NCBI GenBank assembly: GCA_963777955.1
Contig: CAVZSQ010000013.1
Location: 96,001 to 160,000, forward strand
Reading direction: 5' to 3'
DNA length: 64,000 nt
From: Calditrichia bacterium
GTDB lineage: Bacteria > Calditrichota > Calditrichia > JAJRVZ01
The notes beneath the pieces are model-generated. The model did no database searches. It saw only the letters and a list, made by a program, of their open reading frames with translations, and was not told the origin of the DNA. The position numbers and the translations under genes are program-made. Shown in pieces: positions 1 to 10,746 of this stretch. Within the stretch, counting starts at the first letter, position 1; every line of letters starts with the position of its first letter.

Positions 1-65
1 CTGGTGGCCGGTTATACCTGGTCGTAAAATGCTCATGTGAAATTATTCGTAGAAGGAGGTTTGAA

Positions 66-1043
66 ATGAAGTCCTTTATACGCTTTTTCATCATTAGTTC
101 TTGTTTCCTTTCATGTAATATAATTACCGCGCCAGCCGGTTATGATAACTGGCATTTAAAATATGAAAATAGGGATGACCTTACTTATTATGCCATTCAT
201 TTTACAGATGAAAATAACGGATGGATAGTCGGATATGCAGGTGCTATAAAAAAGACCTCTACGGGTGGAAGTACCTGGGTAGCTCAGCAAAGTAATGTTA
301 CTGCCAATTTATGGGATATAAGTTTCATCGATCATGACATCGGCTGGATTTGTGGAGCTGATAATACTGTTCTGAAAACAATAAATTCAGGTAAAACCTG
401 GAATAAAATATTAATACCGGGTAATTCCGATAAAGTTAATGTAGCGATACAATTCATTAATGAAAATATTGGCTGGTGTAGCACTAATAATGGAGAAATT
501 TTAAAATCTGTGGATGGGGGAATAACCTGGCAAGTCGTCAGGCAAAACAATATCGGTGGAGCCAGACTGGTTGTCTTTGATGAAAATACTACCTATTTTT
601 TGAGTGGTAAATTGTACAGGACATTTGATGGAAGTGTTACTTGGGATTCATCGAGTATCGCTATGCCTACAAAGTATCGTATTTCTAATATGTTTTTTAC
701 TGATCCTCTTAATGGTTATTTTGTTACAGAGAATGGAACCGGAGGAACATTAATAAACGAATATCCGGTAATAATGACAAAAAATGGCGGAAGTGATTAC
801 TACTCATCAGATTATTTAAATGACGATGGATTTAGATGTTTATATTTTGTTGACCAGAATAATGGCTGGATTGCTGGTAATAATATTTATAAAACTGTAA
901 ATGGTGGAAAGAGCTGGCAACTGGATTATTATTTAATTACAGGTACATTGGGTGCAAAAGATTTATCTTTCATAAATAAGAATTGCGGCTGGCTGATCAA
1001 TTGGGATGGTCAAATTTATAAGTATGAAAGTGATTTCTATTAA
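66..1043 (+). CDS. YCF48/BNR-repeat beta-propeller lipoprotein
   Basis: Lipobox-like FLSC; repeated F.D...GW..G..G.I.KT.dGG.TW units; SD AAGGAGG upstream. Confidence 0.8.
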   Translation: MKSFIRFFIISSCFLSCNIITAPAGYDNWHLKYENRDDLTYYAIHFTDENNGWIVGYAGAIKKTSTGGSTWVAQQSNVTANLWDISFIDHDIGWICGADNTVLKTINSGKTWNKILIPGNSDKVNVAIQFINENIGWCSTNNGEILKSVDGGITWQVVRQNNIGGARLVVFDENTTYFLSGKLYRTFDGSVTWDSSSIAMPTKYRISNMFFTDPLNGYFVTENGTGGTLINEYPVIMTKNGGSDYYSSDYLNDDGFRCLYFVDQNNGWIAGNNIYKTVNGGKSWQLDYYLITGTLGAKDLSFINKNCGWLINWDGQIYKYESDFY

Positions 1044-1049
1044 ACTCAT

Positions 1050-1150
1050 TCTAAACATGTGCTCAAGTAGACCGAAACCCCTGCAGTATGAATTCGTAGA
1101 TTTCTATAGTTGTTGATAATCTGAGGCAGTCCACTGAGCACTTGCTGTAC
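1050..1150 (+). mobile_element. Degenerate integron attC-like site
   Basis: Starts ~7 nt after the stop codon. TCTAAAC-ATGTGCTCAAGTAGAC...GTCCACTGAGCAC forms an imperfect inverted repeat with one unpaired base. The R' box (GTT) is not intact. Confidence 0.4.
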
Positions 1151-1241
1151 TGTTCTGTAAAAAGTGGTATGCTTCCTATATGTATGAAGCAAGATTATCA
1201 TTGAGGGGGGAAATCTTCATGTAATATAGCGTAGCCCCATA

Positions 1242-1439
1242 TTACATAGTCCCTTTGCTCGAGTTATGGTTCTCAAATTCCTGCAAATCATTCATCTCGT
1301 TCAAGACGCGCATCTGTTGATCCGGTTTGCCCACAGGTCCCACAGGATCAAGATTGGACTGGTTGAACTCATGAAGAAACTTGTCCCTGATTCTTTTCTT
1401 CTTAAATTTTTCCAATATTTTTTTGGCTTTATCTGTCAT
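1242..1439 (-). CDS. Small hypothetical protein with basic N-terminus
   Basis: 65-aa ORF with ATG start; no recognisable family. Confidence 0.4.
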   Translation of the reverse strand: MTDKAKKILEKFKKKRIRDKFLHEFNQSNLDPVGPVGKPDQQMRVLNEMNDLQEFENHNSSKGTM

Positions 1440-1543
1440 TATTTAATCTCTATTTAAAAAAAATAAAACATAAAAGATGCGACGGATCCTCGGACTCCCG
1501 CGGAGCGAGGAGTATATTTTATTCCCACAGAATCATTTTTCAA

Positions 1544-1589
1544 TTTGACACTATCATTTTTGACAGATATTTGACGTTTTCATGACAAG
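1544..1589. promoter_or_regulatory. 11-bp periodic GTCA direct repeats (Pho-box/OmpR-like)
   Basis: Minus strand reads TTGTCATGAAA-ACGTCAAATAT-CTGTCAAAAAT; TGAC at 1546, 1561, 1572, 1583. Confidence 0.35.
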
Positions 1590-1639
1590 GAAGGGAAAAT
1601 ACATTTATATATTTACCCTGAACCTCATAGGAGGATGAT

Positions 1640-2077
1640 ATGAAACATTTTTCAATTTTATTTTTTCCAATATTCTTCATTTTCCAAGGTTGTTTTGATG
1701 TTATGCCGACTGACTCGAATTGGTTGCATGGTAATGGGGACGGTAACACTAAACCTCCTGAATCTTATAATCAATCTTGGATTACTAAATTCCAAGTTAA
1801 TTATAATGAACAACCATGCTTGAATGCAACTATCACTGTGTATTATAGTGGTGGAGAAATTTATAGAACCTATCATGTTGATGATCAGGGCCAAGTCTGC
1901 TGTTGGTATTCGCAAGAAATGATTAAAAATTCTTACGTTCCTCCAAAGATGGATTTGCATTGTTTTATTCTTGCCGATCATGATAATCCTGATTCTAAAT
2001 CTCGTGATGATACTTTAACATTCATATTAGGTGATTATTGTCCTAACAACGTTGTCACAATTAATCTTGATGAATAA
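1640..2077 (+). CDS. Hypothetical lipoprotein
   Basis: Strong SD (AGGAGG), hydrophobic signal ending FQGC. Confidence 0.7.
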   Translation: MKHFSILFFPIFFIFQGCFDVMPTDSNWLHGNGDGNTKPPESYNQSWITKFQVNYNEQPCLNATITVYYSGGEIYRTYHVDDQGQVCCWYSQEMIKNSYVPPKMDLHCFILADHDNPDSKSRDDTLTFILGDYCPNNVVTINLDE

Positions 2078-2447
2078 ATAATAAAAGTATAATTCGCTTC
2101 ATCTGTCACCATAGCCACCGATCATCCGAGCCATTCCTGGAAATTTGTTTCATGAATCATATAATCCTGAAATCCGGTCTGTTTAATTATTATAAAAAGT
2201 AAAAAAGATGAAAAGCAGACCCCTCTCCAATTGCCCTATTGGCTGCCAGTGGCAGTGATTCTTGTATCTTTTCATTTATGCATCTTATCTTTTACATTTT
2301 TATTTTATTTTGTTTTTATAGCAAATAATTACTGCCAAATGGGCCATGATATAGGTATATCCTTGTTTTTACTGATCAGACAGCTGCCAATAACGTTTAA
2401 AAATATGGGTAATTGACTGGCAATTATTATTTTTGGGCATTTTTTTG

Positions 2448-2699
2448 TTACTTGTACCATTCTTTTAGATTATCCGTCATTTCATAGCAGGATTCTCGAT
2501 CATTTTTGACCATTTTCCGGGCCGGATTGGTTGGTTTTAGCCAATTTTTTTCTTTTAATTTCTTTATAATTCCATTTTTCGTGTATCCACGGCTAATTAA
2601 ATCACTGCAAATGAACGTTGAGGGGAAAAGCCCTTCTTCAAAGAACTTAACATATTTGTCAACATCAATATCAATCATTCTTTCAAGGAACTTTTCCAT
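2448..2699 (-). pseudogene. Possible C-terminal remnant of a phage/plasmid replication (primase/helicase) protein
   Basis: 83-aa basic winged-helix-like ORF in the AT-rich segment, followed by CTGCCA/TGGCAG repeats. Family assignment is tentative. Confidence 0.25.
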
Positions 2700-2876
2700 A
2701 ACTTAATATATCTTTCAGCAGCAACATAAACCAATATTCCGGAGAATTTCATTAGTAGATTAATCCTGCTAAAATATGTATATTTAAAGTGAAGCAAATA
2801 GTTTCTGATTAATCGCAAAAACCATAAATTTTCCGGAATACTCTGCGCAGCTGCTATGCTTAAACGAGCCTTAAAA

Positions 2877-5120
2877 ATGAAATATTTCCTGAAAGTTCTG
2901 ATCACAGGTACAACCGTCCTGATCACTACCCTGCTATCCGCCGGGACTGTCGAATTGAAAGGTAAAGTGCGTCATGCCAACACCTACCTGGCGATAGCTA
3001 ATGTCAGTATATATATCGCCGGGACTAAAACAGGCACCTCTTCAGCTGCTGACGGCACATTCACACTGATCATTCCCGATCCTTTACAATTACGAATGAT
3101 TGTATTTGAACATGTCGCTTTTGACACCCTGCGTTTATCAGTACAGGATGCCAGTACCCGTTCTAATATTTATCTCAGCCCCAGAATTATAGCCTTACCG
3201 GAGATCCTGGTACAGGCACAACGTGAACAACCGGAAATAGCCAGGGATATTCCGCAGCGATTGGCCATAGTCGAAGCCAAGTATTTCGAAATCCAGGGTT
3301 ATGTGGATGCCGGGGATCTGCTCAATACCCAGCAGAGCATTCAAATTAACGAAGATATCAGCGGAGAAAAAAACATCTCCATTCGGGCCGGAAATCCGGA
3401 AGACGTGATCGTTCTGTACAACGGTATTAAACTGAACGACCTCTATGACAATACCTATGATCTGGCACAGATGAATCTGGAGGATATTGGCCAGATCGAA
3501 ATTATCAAGGGCAGCAATACCGCCCTTTACGGGCCGGAAGCGTTCTCGGGAGTGATCAATTTTATCCCGAAGACTTTCCGTAATTATACCGTCAGGTTTA
3601 CCCAGCGCTTCGGAACCTATGATGCCGGAGACTGGAATCTGCAACTGAATCGTACATTCGCCAATAGATTAAATTTTTGCTATACGGTCAAGAAGGGGAA
3701 CCTGCGGCGTAAATACACCGACACTCCGGGCGATAGTGCGTATTTGCAAAACAAGATACTATATCATTCAGCAAATATATCTTATTATTTTTCGGAAAAT
3801 AAAGATAAAAACCGCTTAAACTCCGGTTATTTTTACTCCAGTTCGTCGTTTGATGATATCCGTTATGACAATAAACTGAACAGATTGAACCAGGTAATTT
3901 CTCTGCAGTATGACGGCGATATCGGCTTCATATCGAATTTAAACCTGGCTGGTTCGTATCAGACGTTTGATAAGGATGAAAGATTATCCTCCCGAAACGG
4001 AGCATTAAACCGTTCTTTTCAAAACCGTAAAATTGACCTGCACCTGGAAAAGAGACTAAATATACGTACAATAGAAATGCTGTTTGCTTATCAATATGAA
4101 AAGACCGAATTAAAATATAAAGAGCTGGCCGATTCAGCTGTAAATCTGGCTGCGGATCTGCGATCGACAAGTTATAATTCAATCAGACAGGGCCTGGTCT
4201 CCATAATAAAGATCCACACCCCTACCGGCTCCGATGTTCTGCATACCGCAGATTTTGATCTGAGTTTAAGATATGACCGGGTAAATAACCGGCCTGATGA
4301 TGACGTCACTTTCATGATCGATGGTAACAGTACAAATCTGGGGGAAACAAAGTGGACTGAACCTACCGTAAAGTTTTCTGCCTTCCTGTCGGGAAATCAA
4401 CGTTTCTATAAAATCAGCACATTTCTGAATTTTGGCACGAATATTAAATTCCCTACCCTCTTCCAGCAACTGAGCACTCCACGGGTGATCGATCCCGATT
4501 TACCCGGTGCCCTGGCTGTTTTAAAACCGGAAAAAAACCGCAGTCTCGAGATAGGATTTGATTTGACCCGGGAATTAGCGGCCACATCCACTCTGGAGGG
4601 TTGGCAAATAACGGGCAGTTTCTTTACTAATTATTACGAGAACAAATTCAGGACCTATTATATACCGGGCATCTCCACAGCATTTTTTGACAATGTGTCA
4701 AATGCCGATATATCCGGATTTGAAGGGCAGTTGAATACCTTTTTTATCCATAGAAAATTAAAACTGGAACTGGGGGCAAGCAATTATAAGGTTTCAGATA
4801 AAACCGCTTTTCCTTTTAAATCCGATACCAAGTTTTTTACAAATATTATGATCGATCACCGCGGTTATTCTCTGCAGTTCTACTGGTTTAATCAGAGCGA
4901 GCAAAGCGGCTGGATCAGGGACCGCGATGGTAAATTAAGTGAATTATCACTTCCAGCCGAGCAGAACATAGATATTCACCTTGGAAAAATATTCGAAATC
5001 TACAAATTCAAACTTTTTACCAGCCTGTCGATCCGGAACCTGTTGAATGATCCCACACAATTAACAGGTATTGCCATTCGCGACCGGCGGTATTATCTTT
5101 CCTTTGGTCTGGAATACTGA
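2877..5120 (+). CDS. TonB-dependent receptor with N-terminal carboxypeptidase-regulatory-like domain
   Basis: Signal peptide; plug motifs ISIRAG...VLYNGIKLN and IEIIKGSNTALYGPEAFSGVINF; C-terminal YYLSFGLEY. Confidence 0.9.
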   Translation: MKYFLKVLITGTTVLITTLLSAGTVELKGKVRHANTYLAIANVSIYIAGTKTGTSSAADGTFTLIIPDPLQLRMIVFEHVAFDTLRLSVQDASTRSNIYLSPRIIALPEILVQAQREQPEIARDIPQRLAIVEAKYFEIQGYVDAGDLLNTQQSIQINEDISGEKNISIRAGNPEDVIVLYNGIKLNDLYDNTYDLAQMNLEDIGQIEIIKGSNTALYGPEAFSGVINFIPKTFRNYTVRFTQRFGTYDAGDWNLQLNRTFANRLNFCYTVKKGNLRRKYTDTPGDSAYLQNKILYHSANISYYFSENKDKNRLNSGYFYSSSSFDDIRYDNKLNRLNQVISLQYDGDIGFISNLNLAGSYQTFDKDERLSSRNGALNRSFQNRKIDLHLEKRLNIRTIEMLFAYQYEKTELKYKELADSAVNLAADLRSTSYNSIRQGLVSIIKIHTPTGSDVLHTADFDLSLRYDRVNNRPDDDVTFMIDGNSTNLGETKWTEPTVKFSAFLSGNQRFYKISTFLNFGTNIKFPTLFQQLSTPRVIDPDLPGALAVLKPEKNRSLEIGFDLTRELAATSTLEGWQITGSFFTNYYENKFRTYYIPGISTAFFDNVSNADISGFEGQLNTFFIHRKLKLELGASNYKVSDKTAFPFKSDTKFFTNIMIDHRGYSLQFYWFNQSEQSGWIRDRDGKLSELSLPAEQNIDIHLGKIFEIYKFKLFTSLSIRNLLNDPTQLTGIAIRDRRYYLSFGLEY

Positions 5121-5128
5121 AAATCTGA

Positions 5129-6014
5129 ATGTATCAGGATCATATGCAAATTATAAGATCGTACCCGAAGCTGTATACCATTCTGGTTGTAACCGTCACT
5201 TTGACACTATTTAATCAGTGTACTGAAAATCCGTTTGACCGGAAAGATAATAGCGATATTCTTGATCACCATGTATTGCAGGGTACTTTATCTTTAAGTG
5301 ATACGGCAAGTAAAAATGACATTTTCATCTGGCTGGCCGGGGTTGGAATTTCGACATTCAGTGACAGCCATGGTTCATTCCGATTGCAATTGCCCAATAC
5401 CAGCGAGGTACAGGGTTTGAACGGTCTATTCAGTCTCTATTACTATCTGGGCAATTACGGGATTGAAAGTTCGCAGGTCATGATTCGCGACGGTTTATTT
5501 GAATACGGTAAAAACGATATCAATGATCAGGGCAAAATTATTAATGCCCCCGTACTGATAAAACTTCTGGATATCCGCACCTCTGTTTCGCCTGTAGAAA
5601 TTGCTTTCAATGAATCAATTAAATTAGTCGTTACAGTGGAATTAAAAGCCTTGCTGGAACCCGTTTTAGCGGGTACTCTTAAAGATAGGGAAGGTGATCT
5701 AACCAGTATGATTTTTCATTAAAAAAAATGCTGATATACTGGAATCAAAATTGCATGGAGATCCTTATAGTGCAGGAGCGAAAGAAGTCATCAGTGCTGG
5801 CCGGGAATTAATCTGGGAGGGTTAATTTTTTATTCCGGCAAATTATTTTGAACCTGGTGAGTACGAGGTAGTACCCTATATTCAGATAATCCAGCAGAAT
5901 ATACCGGAAGAGTTGTTATTGAGTTTTGGGGAGCAGGTGCATGAGTTATCCTACGATTACCTGAAAATACCTTTCAAGCAATCAACCGCTGTTTTACAGG
6001 TAAACTCTAATTAA
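5129..6014 (+). CDS. Hypothetical lipoprotein (frameshifted near 5720 and 5825)
   Basis: Lipobox-like FNQC; coding continues in other frames (PGEYEVVPYIQI...VLQVNSN*) to 6014. Confidence 0.6.
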
Positions 6015-6053
6015 AAAAAAGACCTGCAGTTAAAATAACTGCAGGTCCTTTTT
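6013..6053. terminator. Bidirectional intrinsic terminator
   Basis: 12-bp stem GACCTGCAGTTA/TAACTGCAGGTC flanked by A8 and T5, between convergent genes. Confidence 0.85.
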
Positions 6054-6074
6054 GTTAAGAAATGTGGTTAATTA

Positions 6075-7119
6075 CTAAAATCCAATAGTCAAACTGAAGA
6101 CGTTATTCGCATCAAAATATTGTTGATTGCGAAAAGCGTAATCCAGGGTCAGATCCAAACCGCCGACATTATAACTAATTCCTGCGCCGAGAGCAAAAGT
6201 ATTTAATTGATCTTCCGCGTCCACATTTTGGGTATAATTATAACCGCCTCGTACAAATACGAATTCTTTATAATTATACTCCAAGTCCGAATTTCATTAT
6301 ATCATTCTCGAAATTATTGCTCTGGAACACTCCGCTGACAACCAGGTTATTATCTTCGGCGACAGCTGTTTTGTAAGCGGCTCCCAATTCAATGGAAGTT
6401 GGCAGTTGGTTAGACGCTGCTGTTCTTCTCAGTACATCGTCACGGCCAATACCGACTTCGTGACAGTCGGTACCAAATGCGGTTCCTTCATATCGCAGAT
6501 TAGTACCGATATTCTTGATCGCTACGCCAAAGCAAACACCTTCGATACCGCCCAGACGATCATATTGTATAGCCGATATCAAAAGCAAAGGCGGAAGCAG
6601 AGGCACGAGGAATACTTTCGTTGATTATTTTTGCCGTCAAGTCCAAGATTCACCGACTCGGTAAGATTCTTGGCATAGGTCAAACCAATCGTTACGAAAG
6701 TCGGTGAGAAGGTCCTGCCGGATTCACCATCCATGTCTTCGTTGGTGGTCCAGGGTATATCACCGAAACTGAACGATTTTAAACTGAATCCGAGCGAACC
6801 TAACGATTCCGATTTATAAGCAGCAGCCAGATAGTTCACATGAATATCATTAAAAATAGTTATCGTCGAGAATTGTGCAGCCTGCTACATTTTTCATACG
6901 CGGTAGACCTGCCGGATTCCAGTAAATCGCATCCAGTCCGGAGGTGAGGGCCAGATTGGCACCAGCCATGGCGATATCTCTTGCCGAAACAGGTACCAGT
7001 GTTTGCACACCAGCAGCCTGACCGATTCGGGCCGGATCTCCGCCATAGGTTGGAGTCGCAATAAATCCCACTATCAGAGCGAGCATGACCAGCCCGCCAA
7101 ATATTTTCTTTACTATCAT
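6075..7119 (-). CDS. PorV/PorQ (UPF0164)-family outer-membrane barrel, split into 4 ORFs
   Basis: SARDIAMAGA...AIYWNPAGL motif; C-terminal LDYAF...FSLTIGF. Confidence 0.8.
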
Positions 7120-7165
7120 TCTTGTCTCCCTATTTTTACTTTTATAATTCCCATTGGCTGAAGGT

Positions 7166-10100
7166 CTAGTAGAACCTTCAGTTGTTCTTGTTGTTGAAGA
7201 ATCATCACCTTCAATACTTTCTCTTTGCCGAGATCCTTCATTTCAATATAGGCAATGTATATTCCGCTGGCCACGGGAATATCACGCTCATTGCGTAAAT
7301 TCCATCTCAGAAATTGAGTAGGATCATTCTTCTCCAATTTTCTAACCTGAACTCCGGCCAGATTAAAGATACGGACAGTTGCCTTGGGAGGTAAATGATT
7401 GAAAGTAACGAAAGGTGGTAAAGCGGTCTGGTTCCGAAGGATTGTAGGCATAGTACGGATTCGGGAAAACATTGATCTTTGCGACATCGGCAGCAGCCGC
7501 GGTTGCACTCTGTGTAACCGCCGGGGCCGTAAAGGAAAATACATCGCTGGCCGAATTTGGTTTGGCGGAGGTTATCCGGAAAACGGTTCCCTGACTCCGG
7601 CATAACCGCATCCATATTGGCCGGGAAGTTTGCAGCAGAGACACTACCGCCATTCCAGTTAACCAGCACCATACGACGCAGAACGTCGGTTCCGGCTGTC
7701 GTTGGACCTAAATATTCATGACCAGCGGTGTTATTGACCGCATCATCCCTGATCACATTGTAACCGGCCTCACCGGGAGTAATATCGGCGGGCTTGACCC
7801 AATAGAACCAGTCGGTTTCCGGATCGTTATCACCGCCGGAAAGCGTATGATCGATTCCAGACAGATCAAATGCAGCATTCACATTGTTGTCGATCAGGTA
7901 CGGGAATAGACGATAGTCATCACTTGGATCATCCGGTGTAGCAACACCGATGTTCCAGAGTTCAAACGGTACCTGTATCAGCACATTGGCAGCTCCGTTA
8001 AAGGCACTTGGCTCCAGACCCCAGTTGTCGGTATCGTCGTTAAAGCGGATCTCAAAGTCATAGGGGCTGATCTCCGACCAGCGGGCGCCACCCTGGGTGG
8101 TACGGGTGATAAACCATTCGAAGCTAGCATCACCTGTTTCACCGGTATGGATACCCCAGCCACTTCCGTTGGTTTGTTGCCTGGTTTTGTCAGGACGGTC
8201 AGTATCCATCCAGAACGGAAAACCGTTGCTGTTAAATGCAAAGCAACCGATTTCCGGCGGATCAAGAACGCCGGCGGCATTCTGGGTGACCTGGAATGAT
8301 GTAAAAGTCAGTTCCGGACCGGTCACCTTTACCTGCAGACCGTCAAAGATCGGTTGTGTATCGGTTTCATCCAACGTTGCCACGCTGAATCTGGTTGGCA
8401 TACTTTTACCACACCGGTTTGCACATCCTTCACATTCCACAATAAATCGCCATAGGTAGCGGAATTAGTATCGGTATCCTCAGTAAAGAAGATCTCATAC
8501 TCGATGACCGGTAGTAGCAGCCGGATCGATAACCGTGACCAGTACCTGGCCTTCGCCGGCACCGGTGGTGTGCCCGGGCTCGATCTCCTGGCCGGCTTCA
8601 CCTTCGTACCTTACTCCGGGTACCGTGGTTTGTGGAATCACGGAAATCGCACCCAATCCTGATTCCAGAGTTCTTTCCGGAACATCGGGATCGGGATTGT
8701 AATTATATCCTGTAACCGCGAAGTAATAGGTATTTCCGTTAAACAGAGGTTTATCATTGATATAATCTTTTTCCAGATTCAAATATCTCTTGATACCGTT
8801 GTCCGTGCCTTTCTGAATCGGGACTTCAACAATATCACCAAAAGTGGCAACAAATTTTTTACCGCGGATGGTACGTACCAGGTTCACGTCATCGAAGGTG
8901 GCCACCAGTTTCGCCTGTGATTTGGCGGCTGTTGCCGTCGGCAACTGATAGACATTGTAACCTTCAAAATTGAATCCTAAAATCGGATCCGGAGCTTCGG
9001 TCGCAGCGACTGCTGCTGCATCGCTGCCCCAGTCGAGTACAACCATACCATCCAATTCCGTGACTTTTACCCTGGGCGCCTGCGGTGCTTTGGGTAAAGC
9101 CTGGAACAGATTATCATAGACGAATTGGGCAAAATCGTCATTTATCTTCATCTGCTCGACGGCGTTTACATTATTACCGCCAAGCTTCAGAAACGATACC
9201 GCCGACTACGGCCACTACTACTTCCTGGGTATCACCGTTGGCCATAAAGAACGGACCGGAACAAAGACCGATACGACGGTCACCCGCCTGAAAAGTTCTT
9301 CATGGTGGCATCGACATCACCGGTTCCTACTAAACGGATCACCGCTTAAGGGATACTTGGTGCGTATCACCGCCGGCCGATTATTACCAGATTTCCATAA
9401 CGATAGGGCGTAGGATTACTCAGATCTTGGGTAGGTATATAACCATTGAGCATATTATACCATTGCATAGGTGCCATCGTAATCAGCCAGGGGCGGATCG
9501 CTGATTGGACTTCCGGCGGAGAAGTAAAAGAAAGAGGTCATGGGCAGGTTAATTTTACCCGGACCTACCTTCTTTAAATTCCATATACCGTAATCTACAG
9601 CATCATCCACACCATTCAGGTTGAGATCCTGTCCGTCAACACCATTAACCAGGGGACCCTGGAAGAAGTCATAACCCATGGCTGCAGGCGGCAAACCAAA
9701 ATCTGTATAATAATCATCGGTAAGATAGCCGCTGTAGGCGTAACCAAGGCTCCTGTTGATATCGCACCCGGCCAGATCGTCGGTATATATACCGATATCG
9801 GGATCCGACCATTGCGAAACGAACATGGAATCGACATCAAAACCTGATTTATTGATCAAAGTATACTTTTTAAAGATCAGCTGGCCCAGTGTAGCGCCAG
9901 GTTGATTATAACTCCACATGGTAATCTGTAGTTCCAGACCGATCGGCGTCGAACCATAGAGACCTTCGCAGGCCGCCACATTCAGATCGTTGGTGGCTAG
10001 CCAGACCACCTGATCAGCATTGGCAAAACCGGGTGTATCTATTGGAACACCATCCCATATACCATTCCCATTATCATAATATAGGTGCGCCTACATCGCC

Positions 10101-10694
10101 CGGCCAGTTATTCCAGGCATGTGCATAATCATCGAGTACCGCCTGGGCCATCAGCATCGGTTACTTCATTCATATCGATTTCCAGAAGTTCTGCAGCATC
10201 CTGTCTTACCGTGGCATCATCTATAGTCAAGTTTTGCCAATCCTTACGAATCCGGTAGATCATGACTCTGGGATCATCGTTGTCGACAGCAACTGGCGGA
10301 TTAACACCATCGCCGGGAGTGACGATCCAACCGCCGACAGTTCCGACATTATACGTCACACCGCCGACAGCAGGATTATTGACCCTGCCGTCACTGACAT
10401 AACCACCCCAGACCAGACCATCGGTAAAAATAGCAGTGGTCGTTCCCCGCGGGTAAAAACCGCCGGAATTGTCACTGGGGGTGTGAGCCGATCTGCCATC
10501 CCAATCAACCCAGTAAGCCCAGTTGCAGAGATTGGACAGGGTGCGGAAAATTTTTCCCTGCTCAGGTTTTTGCAAGTCTGTTTGACTTTACTGACCTGAC
10601 CGGGGTGTTCTTTGGCAAAAACTCCTGCGCTGAAGATCAGCATTAATATCCCGGCCAGAAGTACGACAGGGATTATTTTTAATTTATTTTGCAT
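7166..10694 (-). CDS. Large T9SS type-A CTD cargo protein (multiple frameshifts)
   Basis: Signal peptide; FN3-like segment (FEGYNVYQ...YYFAVTGY); CTD motifs INVFPNPY, IFNLAGVQVRKL, VASGIYIAYI. Confidence 0.8.
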
Positions 10695-10746
10695 ATCTTC
10701 TCCTTAAACTCGTTTGTGATATAATTTCGTACTTACAGCTAGGCTA

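Noticed and set aside
1470..1535. HDV-like ribozyme suggested by CTCCTCGC on the minus strand
   Set aside because: No P3 pairing flanks the loop and no P2/J4-2 element could be built.
2700..2876. Cobalamin riboswitch before the TonB receptor
   Set aside because: No B12-box or GGGAA...GCCACTG core is visible; the region is short and AT-rich.
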